A DNA stretch of 64,000 nt from Marsupella aquatica (lineage: Eukaryota > Plantae > Marchantiophyta), in the NCBI GenBank assembly GCA_973895155.1, contig OZ316893.1:19782857-19846856 (forward strand). Reading direction: 5' to 3'. The notes under the pieces are model-generated. The model had not been told where the DNA came from. It made no database searches and saw nothing but the letters and a program-made list of their open reading frames with translations. Below are positions 39,750 through 52,677 of the stretch, in pieces. Within the stretch, counting starts at the first letter, position 1, and each line of letters starts with the position of its first letter. The translations under genes were made by a program, and so were the position numbers.

Positions 39750-41515
39750 TATATGGATGTATATATCATCAGCTACAACGACTATACAACACGTGTGATT
39801 TAAGGTGGACAAAGTGTTCGAAGTGGTTGTGTTCCTCGAACTGCCTATCTGTAATTTAGATGAAAACGTTTCATGCAACTCCACAAAGTTTGAGTCCATC
39901 GAAAATCCGTTGCAGAGTGGAGACTCACTTTCATGCTCCGCTATCAAGGTTCCAATAAAACTGGTTACTTAAGCGCTAATGCTAGAAATCCCGTGTTAAG
40001 CTCAAAACAGCTTGACTTTGTCTTGTACCCAATGGTTGCCGTTTGTCAAGTTGTCGATGCCACGGCATGAAGCGAGTTTCGGAGGTTGGTCCATTGTTTC
40101 AAGTTTTTTCCAATGAAGGACTGTCCATTAGTTGTACATGACTATCATCCATACACCGTGTTCTTGCGCATGGCCTTAAAGTACACACAAAAGGTGTGAA
40201 TATGATGATGCCATGTGTGCCCTTCAGGCAGCATTGAGGGTAGTGTTGTTCTAAGAATTCGAGATGGTTTCTTCCAATCTCATGGCTTACAGTTTTGTCC
40301 ATGCAGTTTAAATGCCGACATGGAGGACGAATTGCTGAGGTTCCTCCATCTTGTTATGAAGTTCTATTAGGTAATCTGTTAGAGTTTATCTTTAGCCCTT
40401 GTTTGGCAAGACTGAGCCCAGATTTCCTTGGCAATGTCATGAATTATTCACAAGAAAGCAATACAGTCCGAGTTCTCATGGTATGAACCAATTGCAATGT
40501 CCGTGATTTGTGTTCTTGTAACTCTGACTCGGCACTCTTTGCTTTTTGAGGTTATTCTATGAGGATCGACTATTCGTGAAGGTTAGCATTTCGATAGCTG
40601 TATTGTGATGCGTTGATTGAAGGAAGTGGTCCTAACTGAGGACTCGGATCAGTAAGCCCTTCTCAATGAGATTTCGGTTATGAGTCTATTGAATTGCTTG
40701 TCCTCGGAAGGTCCTCTATTACACCAAGAACTGAAGGCTTCCTGCGGTAATAGCCACGTGGGTGCGGAGGAAACGATCAGTCCCACGAAGGTGAGCATTT
40801 ATTTGGTGAGCTGAAATTCGCACCCCCTTCAGCTGAATTGTCTGAGGTAGAGAACTTGCCACCTACACAGTAACCGAGACGCTTCCAGACTGGTGATTTA
40901 CGCGACTGAACAGACGTTAGTAGCATTGCAATAAAGCTGGAGCTGTGGCTGTTCCAAAAGATATGAACTTCGGTATTCTACGATTCACCAGCACTTCAGT
41001 GATCAACGTTTATCGTTCCATGACATGTAGTGCAGACGATTCATCACTTCTTTGATCATCTATGACATGTAGTGTGGACTATTGCACTAGATGTGGACCA
41101 TTAGCTTATCACTATTGTAGTGGTAGATCTTATCTCTTATATTTCCTCTTTTTTAGGTCTATGGGGTTTGAATTTGCCTTCTTCATTTGAGTTCAGTGTG
41201 TGTCCTCTTGCTTTTACTCCATTAGACTTTGTTTGATACCTTTTGGTACACTGGTCAATTTTCCCTGCTAATTTACTGCTTCGTGGTTTTTCTCATTGTG
41301 ATTTTTGTTGTTTTATGGAGAAAGATGCACCTTCCCAGACTTGGCTCCTGGCACTAGAAACTTCTCTCATACTTCTATTAAAACTAGTACTGGAAAGAAT
41401 CTCTTTAAGATTAAGTGCATTACCAGGGCATTATGGGCAATAATGGTCCCTCTCAACTTGAGCTAAAGCCCTCCTGCTTTGGGGGCATTATGGCCCACAA
41501 TGTGCTGTTACCAGG

Positions 41516-41868
41516 GCGTTGCAATATACCTAACACCCTTCGTGATTAAAACTTTACTATATATTTAATGCCCTCTATAATTAAGTGCGTTGCAATATAC
41601 TTAACACCCTTCATAATTAAAATTTTACTATATACTTAATGCCCTCTGTAATTACGAATGCATGGTCAAGATTGGGTCAACTTGTTTTCCATAGTACTTT
41701 TACTAACAATTGGAAAAATAGGCCTGTGTTATTGCATGTATTATTGCCTGTTACCAGAGAATTCTGGGCAATAATGGCGAACCCTCCTTGTGGCATAACT
41801 CCCCATTGTGGCCATAACTCTCCGTAACCCTGGCTATGAGGCATTGTAACCCTGGCTATGAGGCATTA
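41516..41868. repeat. Short tandem duplications inside a dispersed repeat
   Basis: ~70-bp unit GCGTTGCAATATAC...AATGCCCTCT twice (41516-41655) and TAACCCTGGCTATGAGGCATT twice (~41826-41868). The neighbouring 41460-41503 resembles 53862-53905. Confidence 0.75.
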
Positions 41869-42079
41869 TGGCAAGAATCCTGCCTTTTGGGAGTTGTGAC
41901 CCACAATGCCCTCAAAATGGCTCCCGCCAGCCATACACTCAACTCTTGCTGCTTCCATCTCTTTGCATGGGTGTGAAATGCATTCTAACCTCCTATAGAA
42001 GATTGAAGGTAAAGGCCATGGTGATCATTTGTAGGAGAGTAGGTTTAGAGCATAAGTTGTTAGACATCTACTTTGACAT

Positions 42080-42640
42080 CTAGAACTTGTGTTGTGGAGA
42101 CTTGATATGCTTGAAGGGTCTAGAGTACAATAAAGCTCTTGTGTGTTTCCATGAACATAGTCTCATTGGAAATGAATAACGTACATCTCTGTGTTCATTG
42201 CTTGTCTGTTGGATTGTCATGAACATGTCATTGTGAATTGTGTCTTTACTCAACATAAGTGCTACTGTCTTAACCCAAACACAACGCCATGGCACTATGT
42301 TCAAAATTGAAATTGGGTTCCTTGCTTAGGTTAATTGTGTTGCATCCTACAAACACGAGCAAATGTTCGCTTGTAAGGAGGAACTCGGGCACATTGTTAC
42401 AAAGTTATTGAAAGATAGTGAGAGCTTGTGTTGTGGAGACTTGATAAAGCTCTTATGTATTCCCATGGACATAGCCTTATTGAAGGTGAACCACATATGT
42501 CTTTGTGTGGATCATTTGTTTGTTGGATGGTCATGTGCATGCCATTGTGAGTTGCATCTTTACTTAACAGAAGTGCTACTGTCGTACCCCGAACACAACA
42601 TCGTTGCACTAATACGTTCAAAATTGAAAAATTGGGTCCA
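42080..42640. repeat. Diverged tandem duplication, period about 340 bp
   Basis: CTTGTGTTGTGGAGACTTGATA...GTTCAAAATTGAAA occurs at ~42085-42312 and ~42425-42630. Confidence 0.7.
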
Positions 42641-43912
42641 AGACCAAGTTGTCATTTGAATTCAAACATTTCTTCATAACACAACACCTGGGCATTGTGT
42701 TTATTTTAAGTTGGACACTATGGTTGAGCTTACTTCTTTTCAATGCAACTCACTTCTATGCCTTTCAGTTTGACTCAAGTAAATTCAAATGTCACTTGAA
42801 CACAAATGCCAATTGTTGAAACACAACATGGCAAGTACAAAAAACTAAAACAGATCCTCAACACCTGAGCGCACTGTTCAAATAGTGTGTCCCACAGCCC
42901 ACTATTTGAATAGAGCTCCATGTCATGTGTTCCGGGAAGACGACAACAATGCAAGTGAAGAAAGGTGTGCCACCCAATATATAGCTATTGCACAAGGAAC
43001 TTCAATGTAAGCTAAAAGTTTAAGCAAGACACCATTAATTGCAACTGTGAAGCGACATTGTTCCTCTGTATTTTCCTGACTGGGGCAAAATTGTGTGGCT
43101 CTTCTTATTGGCGACGTTGTTGTGAGAGAGATCCCAATCATCTAACACACAAACTTCAGTTTCGTATTAAACCTTTCATAGGAGAATCCCATTGTCATTG
43201 TCCATTGTGTTGAATTGCTGAGTTGCGGAGCCCTCAAATCCCTAGTAGATACTCTAGCCCTCCATCACTACAGAGCTTTCACCTCCAGATGCTCTATATA
43301 GTAATATGTTGAACAAAAGGTTTAAACAAAACCTCAAAAAAATATTTTGAAAACCAACACCAATTAGTGTTATTTTTGCTTCTGGATCAAGTTCACATAA
43401 ATTAGTGTTACTAACACTAATTTAGACATAACACTAATTCTGGCATAACACTAATTACGGTTAAGAGTGCAGTTCATCTCACACAAGACTCTACCAAAAT
43501 TCCCCATAAGTCAGCATCTGGCCAGATCATTGTAGCTAGACATTGACTGACAAGGGTACAATTTGTACTGGGTTGTGGTAACTTCACATAAAAAAGCAGC
43601 AGCCAGATATAGAAGGAAAAACACTCAGTGACACAAACAAACAATCAAGTTTATCATGGGATCAACAAACCATTCAACTGGTGGACGTTGCCACATAGCA
43701 CAATACACTGCATGCTTCTGCTTTTTGATGTGCAATTACCGTTAGGTGTACTATTCCCAGGCTAGATTTGGCAATTGAGAATGCTTGCTTGCTTGTTGTA
43801 TTTTGGTTGTAACGAAGGTGTGTCATGCTTAATGCCCTCCATGATTTTTCTCTTTGGATTCTTTTGGTGCATTCATAGAGTATAAATTTCAAGTCCAGAT
43901 TTGTATGAGGGT

Positions 43913-44244
43913 TGTCACACCATTCTGAGTAGTGTAGTAGTATATCATGTTATTAGAGTATGTACGTTTGGTATGAGTGCTATTGGAGCCGATAAAGTTC
44001 TGTCAGGTTTGTGTGAGAGGGTACTTCTCACTTGTGAGGCATTGAAAGGTCATCTTTCAATGTTGAGTCTTGGAGAGAGAGGAGCTTGAGTGTGGCTATG
44101 GTGGCTGTGAGCTCCGCTTGTGTAACGTGGATTCCTTGAGTAGTGCAAGGTGCGTTGGCTTGACATACGTGTGTGATCGGATCGGTGCGGGATCGATGGG
44201 GTATTGTTGACCGAGATCGTTGTGCCGATTGTATGGAGATTACA
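43913..44244 (+). repeat. Terminal repeat B1 (R/U5-like part of the LTR, 332 bp)
   Basis: Matches 53302-53631 with about five differences by eye, all transitions. Ends ...GAGATTACA. Confidence 0.95.
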
Positions 44245-44253
44245 TTGAAAGAT
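44242..44253 (+). promoter_or_regulatory. Putative self-priming primer-binding site
   Basis: No TGG tRNA-type PBS after the repeat. ACATTGAAAGAT is the exact reverse complement of ATCTTTCAATGT at 44052-44063 inside B1. Confidence 0.6.
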
Positions 44254-44512
44254 CACATTCGAAATCTGCTGTACGGACTGTGCGGACAGAAGTTCAATTG
44301 ATTGAGTTGTTGACGGTTCGTGGTAGCTCGGATCGTGTGTTGTTATCGAACAGATCGTTGGTATCTTGACCTGTATCGTTGTTGTCCGATCGGCCTACTT
44401 CCCGATCGATGTACAGATCTGTGATTGGTGACAGGTTTTGAGTTGGAGGTCGATTGATGATTCGTGGAGGAAAGCGAATGTTGAGTAGATGTTGGACAGT
44501 GGAAGTCGATCC

Positions 44513-45015
44513 GTGAGGCTTCAGATCCGATTGCCGGCTACTGTGAGGCTTCAGATCTGATTGTCGGCTACTGTGGGGCTTCAGATCTGATTGTCGGCTA
44601 TTGTTGGATGATGTTGGCAAGGCGCAGGTGAAGCGACGACTCTTTTCCTGAAGGAACTGAGCTGCCAATGCCCCGTGCGACGGTATCATCATTTCAGTGA
44701 AAGAAATGAGGGTCAAAGGTGTTGAATCAAGCTGCTGCCAATTCTGTGGAAGAGCTGCGTTTTTCATGAAGGAAATCGACAGTTTTCGGGAGCTTTTCGT
44801 GAAGGAAGTAGTCGTTTTTGGGGTCAGGTGTGAGGCGCACGAGGTCACCCATCCCGAAAGTGCTCCCAACCGCGAGCACGAAGTCACCCATCGCGAGCGC
44901 AGGCAGGCGCGAGGTCGAGGTCACCCATCCCGGGGCTATTCCGGGCCGTGAGCGCGAGGGGAGGCACAAGGTCGAGCGCGAGGAGATCACCCATCCCGGG
45001 GCTATTCCCAGCCGC
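44513..45015 (+). repeat. Tandem repeats in the retrotransposon leader
   Basis: Three 30-bp units GTGAGGCTTCAGATC(C/T)GATTG(C/T)CGGCTACT (44513-44600) and four GA..TCACCCATC units (44841-45015). Confidence 0.85.
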
Positions 45016-48000
45016 GAGCGCTTAACTGGCAAGTTCTCATCCCACCTTGTGTACACACAAGCTTTGACAACTTGTTGTTTAGGTTCAAGCGCCAGGGGGC
45101 TTTATACACTTCCCGATTTGTTTAGAGGTCTATTCTAGGCCAAATCAGAGGCTGTTTTAGGGTTTTTGATACTTCTGAGTCCATCTAGACTCACAGATTG
45201 AACCAATTTTGCCTTGGTTCTCATCTACAACATTGGAGTGCCATTGTGAAGCCTATTATGAAGGCTCTTCCTTGAACCTTATGCACATTGTCATATTGAT
45301 TTGCATTTGCTTTTGTGTGGAGAGTTGAATGGTATCCATTCTTGTTTCTGGATCCTCTTCACACATGTTTCCTGTTTATGCGCCATGTTAGTTTCGTGTG
45401 GGCGCTTGATTCCATAGGAATGATCCGGGTTTGCAACTAGACATTCTAGTGTGCTGTGTATTTCTCTCTTGGTGATGTTGGAGTGATGCCCAACACACCA
45501 TGGTGAGTGCTTGTGGTGCTGACAGGGATAGATTGCCCTTAGGGTTAGCACATAGATTAGGTTAGGGTTGGTCACCATAGATTCTTCTGGTGCTGCTGGA
45601 TTACCCGATGGACGACGAACCGGTTTCACTCGGAGTGGGGCACAGTTTCGGCCAGCGGCATTGGTAGCAGTCAGCAGTGCAGCTTCAGACAATGATTCTG
45701 ATGAGGACTCAGTGACCAGTTCTCCTCATCATCAGGTGGTTGCACCTTTGTTGTGGGATATGGACGAGATGTACGGGGCTACAAAGGGCCCACAACGATA
45801 CTCTGGTGCAGTTGGCACAATTGATCTGGATGACTTCATCCAGGAGTTTGATACGTGGTGCGATATGCAGACATTGCGTAACGTCACGTTGTTTACCCCT
45901 TTCATGGCATGGAAGGGATTATTCTAGCATTTGGAGGGGCCACCCATGGATGACTACCATGAGTTTCGGAAGGCTCATTTGGTTGAGATTGAGGCATGGA
46001 GGCAGCATTGGTCGCCTAATTACGTGTCCATCACCTATGGCACTAGTGCGGCTGCCCAACCCATTGCCACAGCTGCTGCTTCTTCTAGCAGCACTAGCCA
46101 GAGTGGCACACCATCCACCAGCAGCACTCCAGCAGCATCCACCACTACTCCTGCCGGTGTGATTGTGACAGAAACTGGAGTTGCGCCAGCATTTAATCCT
46201 GTGGTGGAATTCTTTGAGGTACTGAAGCAGAACTATCAGGGTGTGAGAACTGATAAGTTGAAGGGTCTTCAGGAGTTCCAACGCAAGACTGGAGAGAGCC
46301 TACGTGAGGCATACACACGTATGCGCAGATTGATCACTGTCACCAAGGGAGTGACAGAGGCTCAGGCAGTCCAGTTTTGGTATGCAATTCTGGACAGAGA
46401 ATTGCGACGCAGAGTGAGAGATGTCACTCTGCTTAGGGATGCAGATCCCACATTAGCAGTTGTTTTCACCCTTTCTGAGCGCATTGAGCTCAATATGGTG
46501 AATGAGAAGGTGGTGACTTCCGGATTTGCCAAGGAAGCACCAAAGGCTGCATCTACATCCACACCACAGCCTACTGCACGGAAGAGCCAGAGGGAGAAGC
46601 CTACTGCACGAGAGTCTACCAGCCAAAGACCTGTGCCCTCTTATGCTGGACAGCAGTCAGGATGTTGGACCTATGGTGGGGATCATGCACAGAGATATTT
46701 TCCAGATCATAGAGGATCAGGGGGAGCATCAGCGCCTGATCAGCGACAGTGTGATCACTGTGGAGCTCCTGGACACACCAAGGATAGGTGTTTCTCACTC
46801 CACCCTGAGTTACGAAGAGGAGGATCCCGTACACATGATCAGGGAAGAGGAGGAGGAGGTAGAGGTGGTGGACGTGGTCGTGGCATGCCACATGCAGGGA
46901 GACAGGGAGGTGACACTGCCCCTGCTGTAATCATAGATCCCAAGGATGCTAAGATTGCTCAATTGGAGCAACAACTAGCTGCCATGGCTAGTTCCCAGGT
47001 GAGACCTAATTCTGGTGATGGGGCATCTACATCCTATGGACCTTCCACATCCCATGGTCCTTCCACATCTTATGGAGCTGATGGAGACCTTGCCACCATG
47101 GAATTCATGTGTGGCACTGCACATATTGATGCATCAGCAGCTTTGACATGTGGGGCAGCCAAAGCTCTTGAGCCCCGAGGAGCAGTAGTGGAGTTGGATC
47201 CACAAAGGGGGGATGCACGTCGGCAGACAAAGCTTCCTCAGTCTTTTACATTGTCAAAGACAGTTCAGACTGCCTCTATGAACCCGATTCGGACAAACCC
47301 TGATGTGGGTAAGTTGGCAGAATCAGGTAGTGATGCAGCAGGGATGACAGGTACCTTGCTGGGGGCGGCTACTGCCATAGTACGCACCCCATTATTTTCA
47401 GCGACAGACATGCTGAACTTGGGAGTTGGTCCTGCAGAAGTGTTCAGATTGGCAGCTACACTTTGTGAGGACACTCCAGTGGTTGTTTCCCATGCAGAAG
47501 CAACTTGCAGTGTTGATGCAGTGAAGACCATGCCACCTACTGCTACTAGTGAGACATGGCATGCAGCAGCAGCGAGGTTGGTGGATTTACCAGCACGCCC
47601 TGCATTTGAGAGGACTAGGTTTAAACCTAGTGTTGTGTCATTGGATAATCGGAGTGGTATCTTCCGATTAGTTGGGTCTTCTGGAGCAGTATACCAGCCA
47701 AAGAGAGTGTTACTGGATACTGGTGCTCAGCCCTTGATGTTGGGGAAGTCTGCCATACATGGATTGGGATTGCGTCCAGAGGATTTGGAGGATTGTCCCT
47801 TTCCCATTCAGACTTCATTGGGGGGACCTACACCTACACAGCATATCACCAGGAGACCACTTGATTTGAGAATTCAGGAAGGTCATACCATAGATAGCTC
47901 ACAGATACAGGCGCGAGCTATTCTGACTAAGGCAGAGTCATATGATGTGTTGGTGGGATGTACAGTGCTCTACCCCATGGGATTTATTCTTGATTTTTGG

Positions 48001-48423
48001 GAGGAATCAATGTCATATAGACCTGATTGGCAGTCAGGAGATGCTCGATTGAGCAAATTGCCAGTGAGATTTAGTGGACCTGTGGGAGGCCCTAAATCCA
48101 CATCATTGTCTTTGGCAGCATTCAGTGGTGTAATTGCTGGACCTGATGATTTGATTGAGGGTAATGCGCATGCAGCCAATGTTCCACCATTGGAGGAGTC
48201 TCATGAGGAGCACATCATGCGAGGATTACCTGTTGGCAGTGTTGTGCCACCAGTGTGGGGCGCTGCACAGGCCTTGCCACAGGCAGCAGCACGATTGGTA
48301 CATGATGTATGGCGTCATGCTTTTACACCACAGTCAGGAGCAGAGCAGTCTCTTGCAGATGGACCTGTGACTCTTTCACCATTGGATACCACTCCTATTG
48401 CTTGGCAGTATCCACCGGAGGGT

Positions 48424-49380
48424 ATTTGTTTGTTGGATCTTTTTGGTGGGATTAGCACTAGATTGGCTGCTGTTCTTCAGGCAGGAATTCCTATGCGTCG
48501 TTATTTGTATGTGGAGACAGATGAGACAACACGGAGGGTCTCATTGCAACATGTGGCTATGTTGGTGGATAGATATCCACAGTTGCTGCCAGTGGATGCT
48601 GTTCGTGGTTATCAGCATGCACTACCTGCTGATATTTCATTGTTGGGGGCGGATCATCTACATCGTGTTGGCCCCATTGATTTGGTGATTGCTGGTTGGC
48701 CATGTCAGGGCCAATCTAGAGCTGGCATTGGGCATGGACTTCATGATCCACGCTCTGCATTGTTTTGGGAGATGTTACGGGTGCTGCGTCATCTCCAGCT
48801 ACATCAGACACAGTCTCCAGCATACATTTTGGAGAATGTGCCATTGTTAGGTGATGATCGTAGTCGGATTGTTGCCAGTGTTCACCAGGTGAGGTCTTGG
48901 ATTGGACCTACTGTGTTATTGGATGTTGCACGTGTGGGTTCTCGTGCACATCGTCCACGCTTGTGGTGGACTAATTTGATCCCATGTGAGGTGCTGAAGC
49001 GCGCATTTGACAGCATTCCACGCTCACCAGCCTTAGTGGTGGATGATATTTTGGATCCAGGGCGTCGTGCATAGGGTGTGACCCAACCTGATAGACCTCC
49101 ATTGGCAATGGTCAATGCAGTTGGGTGCCCACGTTGTGCATTACCCACTCTTGTAAGCCACTCTGCTTCATATGCATTCAGAGCAGGTGGCCCTGGACTT
49201 GTATGGGACACAGCTCTCCAGCAGTTAGTGAAGCCTACTGCTGATGAGAGAGAGCGTGCTATGGGATTTTTGACTGGCACCACTGCAGTTGCCTCTATGT
49301 TAGAGGGTTTGCGGCGCCAGGTTCTTGGTCAAGCAATGGATTTGAATTGTTTGACTTGGATTATCAGCTTGGGAGTAGCT
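48424..49380 (+). other. C5 cytosine DNA methyltransferase domain inside the polyprotein
   Basis: Motif I LLDLFGGIST, motif II YVETD, motif IV IDLVIAGWPCQG (catalytic Cys at 48703-48705), motif V DPRSALF, motif VI ILENV (48832-48840), motif VIII HRPRLWWTN, motif IX ERERAMGF, motif X LGQAMD, all in canonical order. Confidence 0.93.
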
Positions 49381-52300
49381 GAACAGTTGCGGATGTGCTC
49401 TGCCGGAATTACTGATTGTCCCTTGGTGAGCTTGCGGTCCACTGAGACAGTATTGACCACAGCTGGGGGCGAGCAGATAGTCCATGGACCTATGACAGGA
49501 TTGGCGGGTGGACAGATTGTTGAGCAGGAAGGGACTGCTCAATCTACTGCTAAATAGCAATCATCGGCTATCTCTTCTACCCTACAAAGAGATATTAGGG
49601 ATTTGGTGGAGAGTTGGGAACCACAGCTTGGCCCTAAGTTAACAGGGGAGGAGAGACGTCACATGCATCGATTCCTGAAGAGTTATTGGAATTGTTTTGC
49701 ATTCAGCATGAAGGATTTGGGGACATTGAAGGGCCCTGGTATTCAGATTGAATTGGCTAGTGATGCGCCAATCTTTCGTAGACCATACCGTTATAGTGAC
49801 ATGGAGAGAGCTCTGATTCAAAGCAGAACTCAAGATTTGTTGGAGGCTGGATTGGTGGAGATTTCATATGGGGAGTATGCATCTGCCACAGTGATGCCAG
49901 CCAAGAAGGATGTGCATGGCAATTACACAGATAGGCGCATGTGTGGTGATTACAGACCTATTAATCGCCAGAAAAAATCTGATCGATATGCCATGCCCAC
50001 ACCTGAGGAGATCTTTGATACTGTGGGGCATGCAAAGGTTTTCAGTTCATTGGATCTGAGGGCAGGATACCATCAGCTTCCAATTAGGCATGCTGACAGG
50101 TCCAAGACAACATTCTGGGGGATTGATTCTTATGGCAAAGATCGTTTGTATCAATGGTTATTCTTACCATTTGGGTTGAAGAATGCACCAGCTGAGTTCC
50201 AGAGAGTCATGGATCGAATCCTTGCAGGTTTGGATTTTGTCAGATGTTATATTGATGATATTTTGGTCTATTCTTCTACTGTGGAAGAACATCAGCAGCA
50301 CTTGCAGATTGTGTTGGAGAGATTGAGAGCACATGGGTTGAAGCTCCATCCTAGCAAGTGTAAGTTCTTCCAAGACCAGATTGAGTATTTGGGCCACACC
50401 ATATATCCAGGGGGATTGGGTGTATAGCAGACTAAAGTGGAGGCCATTACACAGATTCCTTGTCCTATTGATGTGAGTAGAGTTCATGCATTCTTGGGAT
50501 TGGCGAGCTACTACAGGAGGTATGTTAAAGGATTTAGCCAGCTTGCTAAACCTTTGACCATACTCACTAAGTTGGATCAGAAATGGATTTGGGGTGATGA
50601 CCAGGAGCATGCCTTTTAGGAGTTGAAGCAAAGGTTGGCATCATCCCCTATTTTGAGAAGACCCATTTCAGGCAGACCATTTCAGCTACACACTGATTGG
50701 AGTGGAGTAGGACTTGGAGCAGTGTTGACTCAAAAGGATGATGAGGGGAATGAGTTTGTTGTGGCTTATGCCAGTAGATCAAACAATTCAGCAGAGGCTA
50801 AGTATAGCTCTTATGAGGGAGAGTGTTTGGCAGCAGTGTGGGCTGTTGCACACTTTCGTTGCTACTTGTTTGGTAACCCCTTCACCTTGATCACTGATCA
50901 TCAACCTCTTAAGTGGTTAATGGAGTCTGACAAGCTTACAGGGAAGCTTGCACGATGGGCATTGTTGTTACAGGAGTATGATTTCCAGGTGGTGCATAGG
51001 CCTGGAAAAGTGAACTTGGATGCAGATGGATTAAGCCGCAATCCATGTACCAGTCAGCAGGATGAGACTGGAGCCAGATGGCATGATGAGTCAGATAAGG
51101 AGATGGTGCCAGGATGACATGCATCTGCCTTTCTTTGTTGGGTGCCAACATACAGTGGATCTGTGGACTCTACCTCATTGGATGGAGTGGATGATGAGTC
51201 TTCAGATGTGGATGTTGGTGAGGTAACTTCTGGACAACAAGATATTCACAATGATGTGAGAGTGTTGGAATATTTGCGCAATAGTTCTATTGTTGGCAGT
51301 GTTGATGCCAAGGAACGTGACAGGGTTCTACAGAGAGCCAAGAGGTTTCGATGGGAGGGAAACCATCTTTTGAGAGTACTGCATGATGGTAGGATGTTGG
51401 TGGTACCAAAACCATCACAACGAGTACATTTGGTGCGACATGCGCACGAGGAGTTGTGTCACTTTGGTGTGAAGCGCACTTACAGCTTGCTGCAGACACA
51501 GTATTGGTGGCGTGGTATGCACACTCATGTCCAACAGTTGATAGCTAAGTGTGTGGTATGTGATAGAGTGAGAGCATCATTTAATGCTCCCACTCCCCAG
51601 TTGCACCCGTTATCGATCATGGGTTTGGGATATCGTTGGAGTTTGGATTTTGCTGGTCCATTACCTCTTACCCAACGTCATAATCGCTATGTTTTGGTCA
51701 TGGTGGGGCACTTCTCCAAGTGGATTGAGCTAGTGGCGTTGCCAGATAAAGCCAGTGGAGGAGTTGCTGCTACATTTTTGGATCGTGTACTCAGTCATTT
51801 TGGAGCACCAGCTGAGGTATTGACTGATCAGGGAACTGAGTTCCGTGGAGAGTTTGAGAGTTTGTGTGAACAAGCTCTGGTTGATCATCGCACTACCTCT
51901 CGTGATCATCCTGAGGCAGATGGATTAGCTGAGAGAGTTGTGCAAACTGTGAAGAGAGGATTGCGTAAGTATGGCTTGCAGGTTGGTCATCTGGGAGATT
52001 GGGATCTCCAGCTACCTTGGTTAGCTATGGGCTACCGTTTCAGTCGGCAAACATCACTTGCATCCTTCTCACCCTACTTTTTGCTCTATGGTAGAGAGCC
52101 AGATTTGCCAGCAACTATTCGTCGTCATGCTGCACCAGTTGTGAACTTGGATGATCCTGATGTTTGGGTCAAGGTGTGTTCAGAGAGAGCACGGGTATTT
52201 CAGAGAGTGATGCCCATGGCTTTTGACAACCTTGCCATTGCCCAACATCATGATACTTTGAGGTATGCCACTATTCGTGGAGGAGGTTACCGTGCAAGCA

Positions 52301-52542
52301 TTCGACGATTTCATCCTGGTGATTATGTTTATTTGCAGCAGACAGCACTCACGACACTTGATGTGACCGCAGGCCGGACAATCTTACGTGTGCGTGAAGT
52401 GTTGCCTTCTGGTGTCCTGATGTTGGAGGGACGCGATGGTATGGTTTTGAAGGATCATGTGCGCAACTGTGCACCATGTCACCTTCCCAACATTGATGGT
52501 ACAGTAGATCCAAGCTTGGCACATGTTCGTGCTGGCTTGAAA

Positions 52543-52677
52543 TGTATGTTGTGTGAATCTGCTCAGGGAGCAGCTACTATGTTGATTTGTGATAAGTGTT
52601 CTAGAGGATGGCACATGTCATGTTTGACACCACCATTGCAGGTGATTCCTAGTGGATCATGGTTGTGTCCTCAGTGT
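52543..52677 (+). other. PHD finger at the integrase C-terminus
   Basis: CMLC...LICDKC..GWHMSCL.PPL...P.GSWLCPQC gives a complete C4HC3 pattern. Confidence 0.93.

Noticed and set aside
44513-45015. CRISPR-like appearance of short repeats (also 34718-35600 and 60771-61237)
   Set aside because: Eukaryotic context, no unique spacers of constant length, no cas genes.
48424-49380. Host DNMT3/DRM gene or bacterial contamination
   Set aside because: Intronless, in frame with protease and RT, and inside the element's termini and TSD, on a contig with spliced plant genes.
45925-50619. TAG stops repaired by U-to-C RNA editing or an alternative genetic code
   Set aside because: Reverse editing is known from organelles only, one stop is TGA, and C>T decay explains the pattern more simply.
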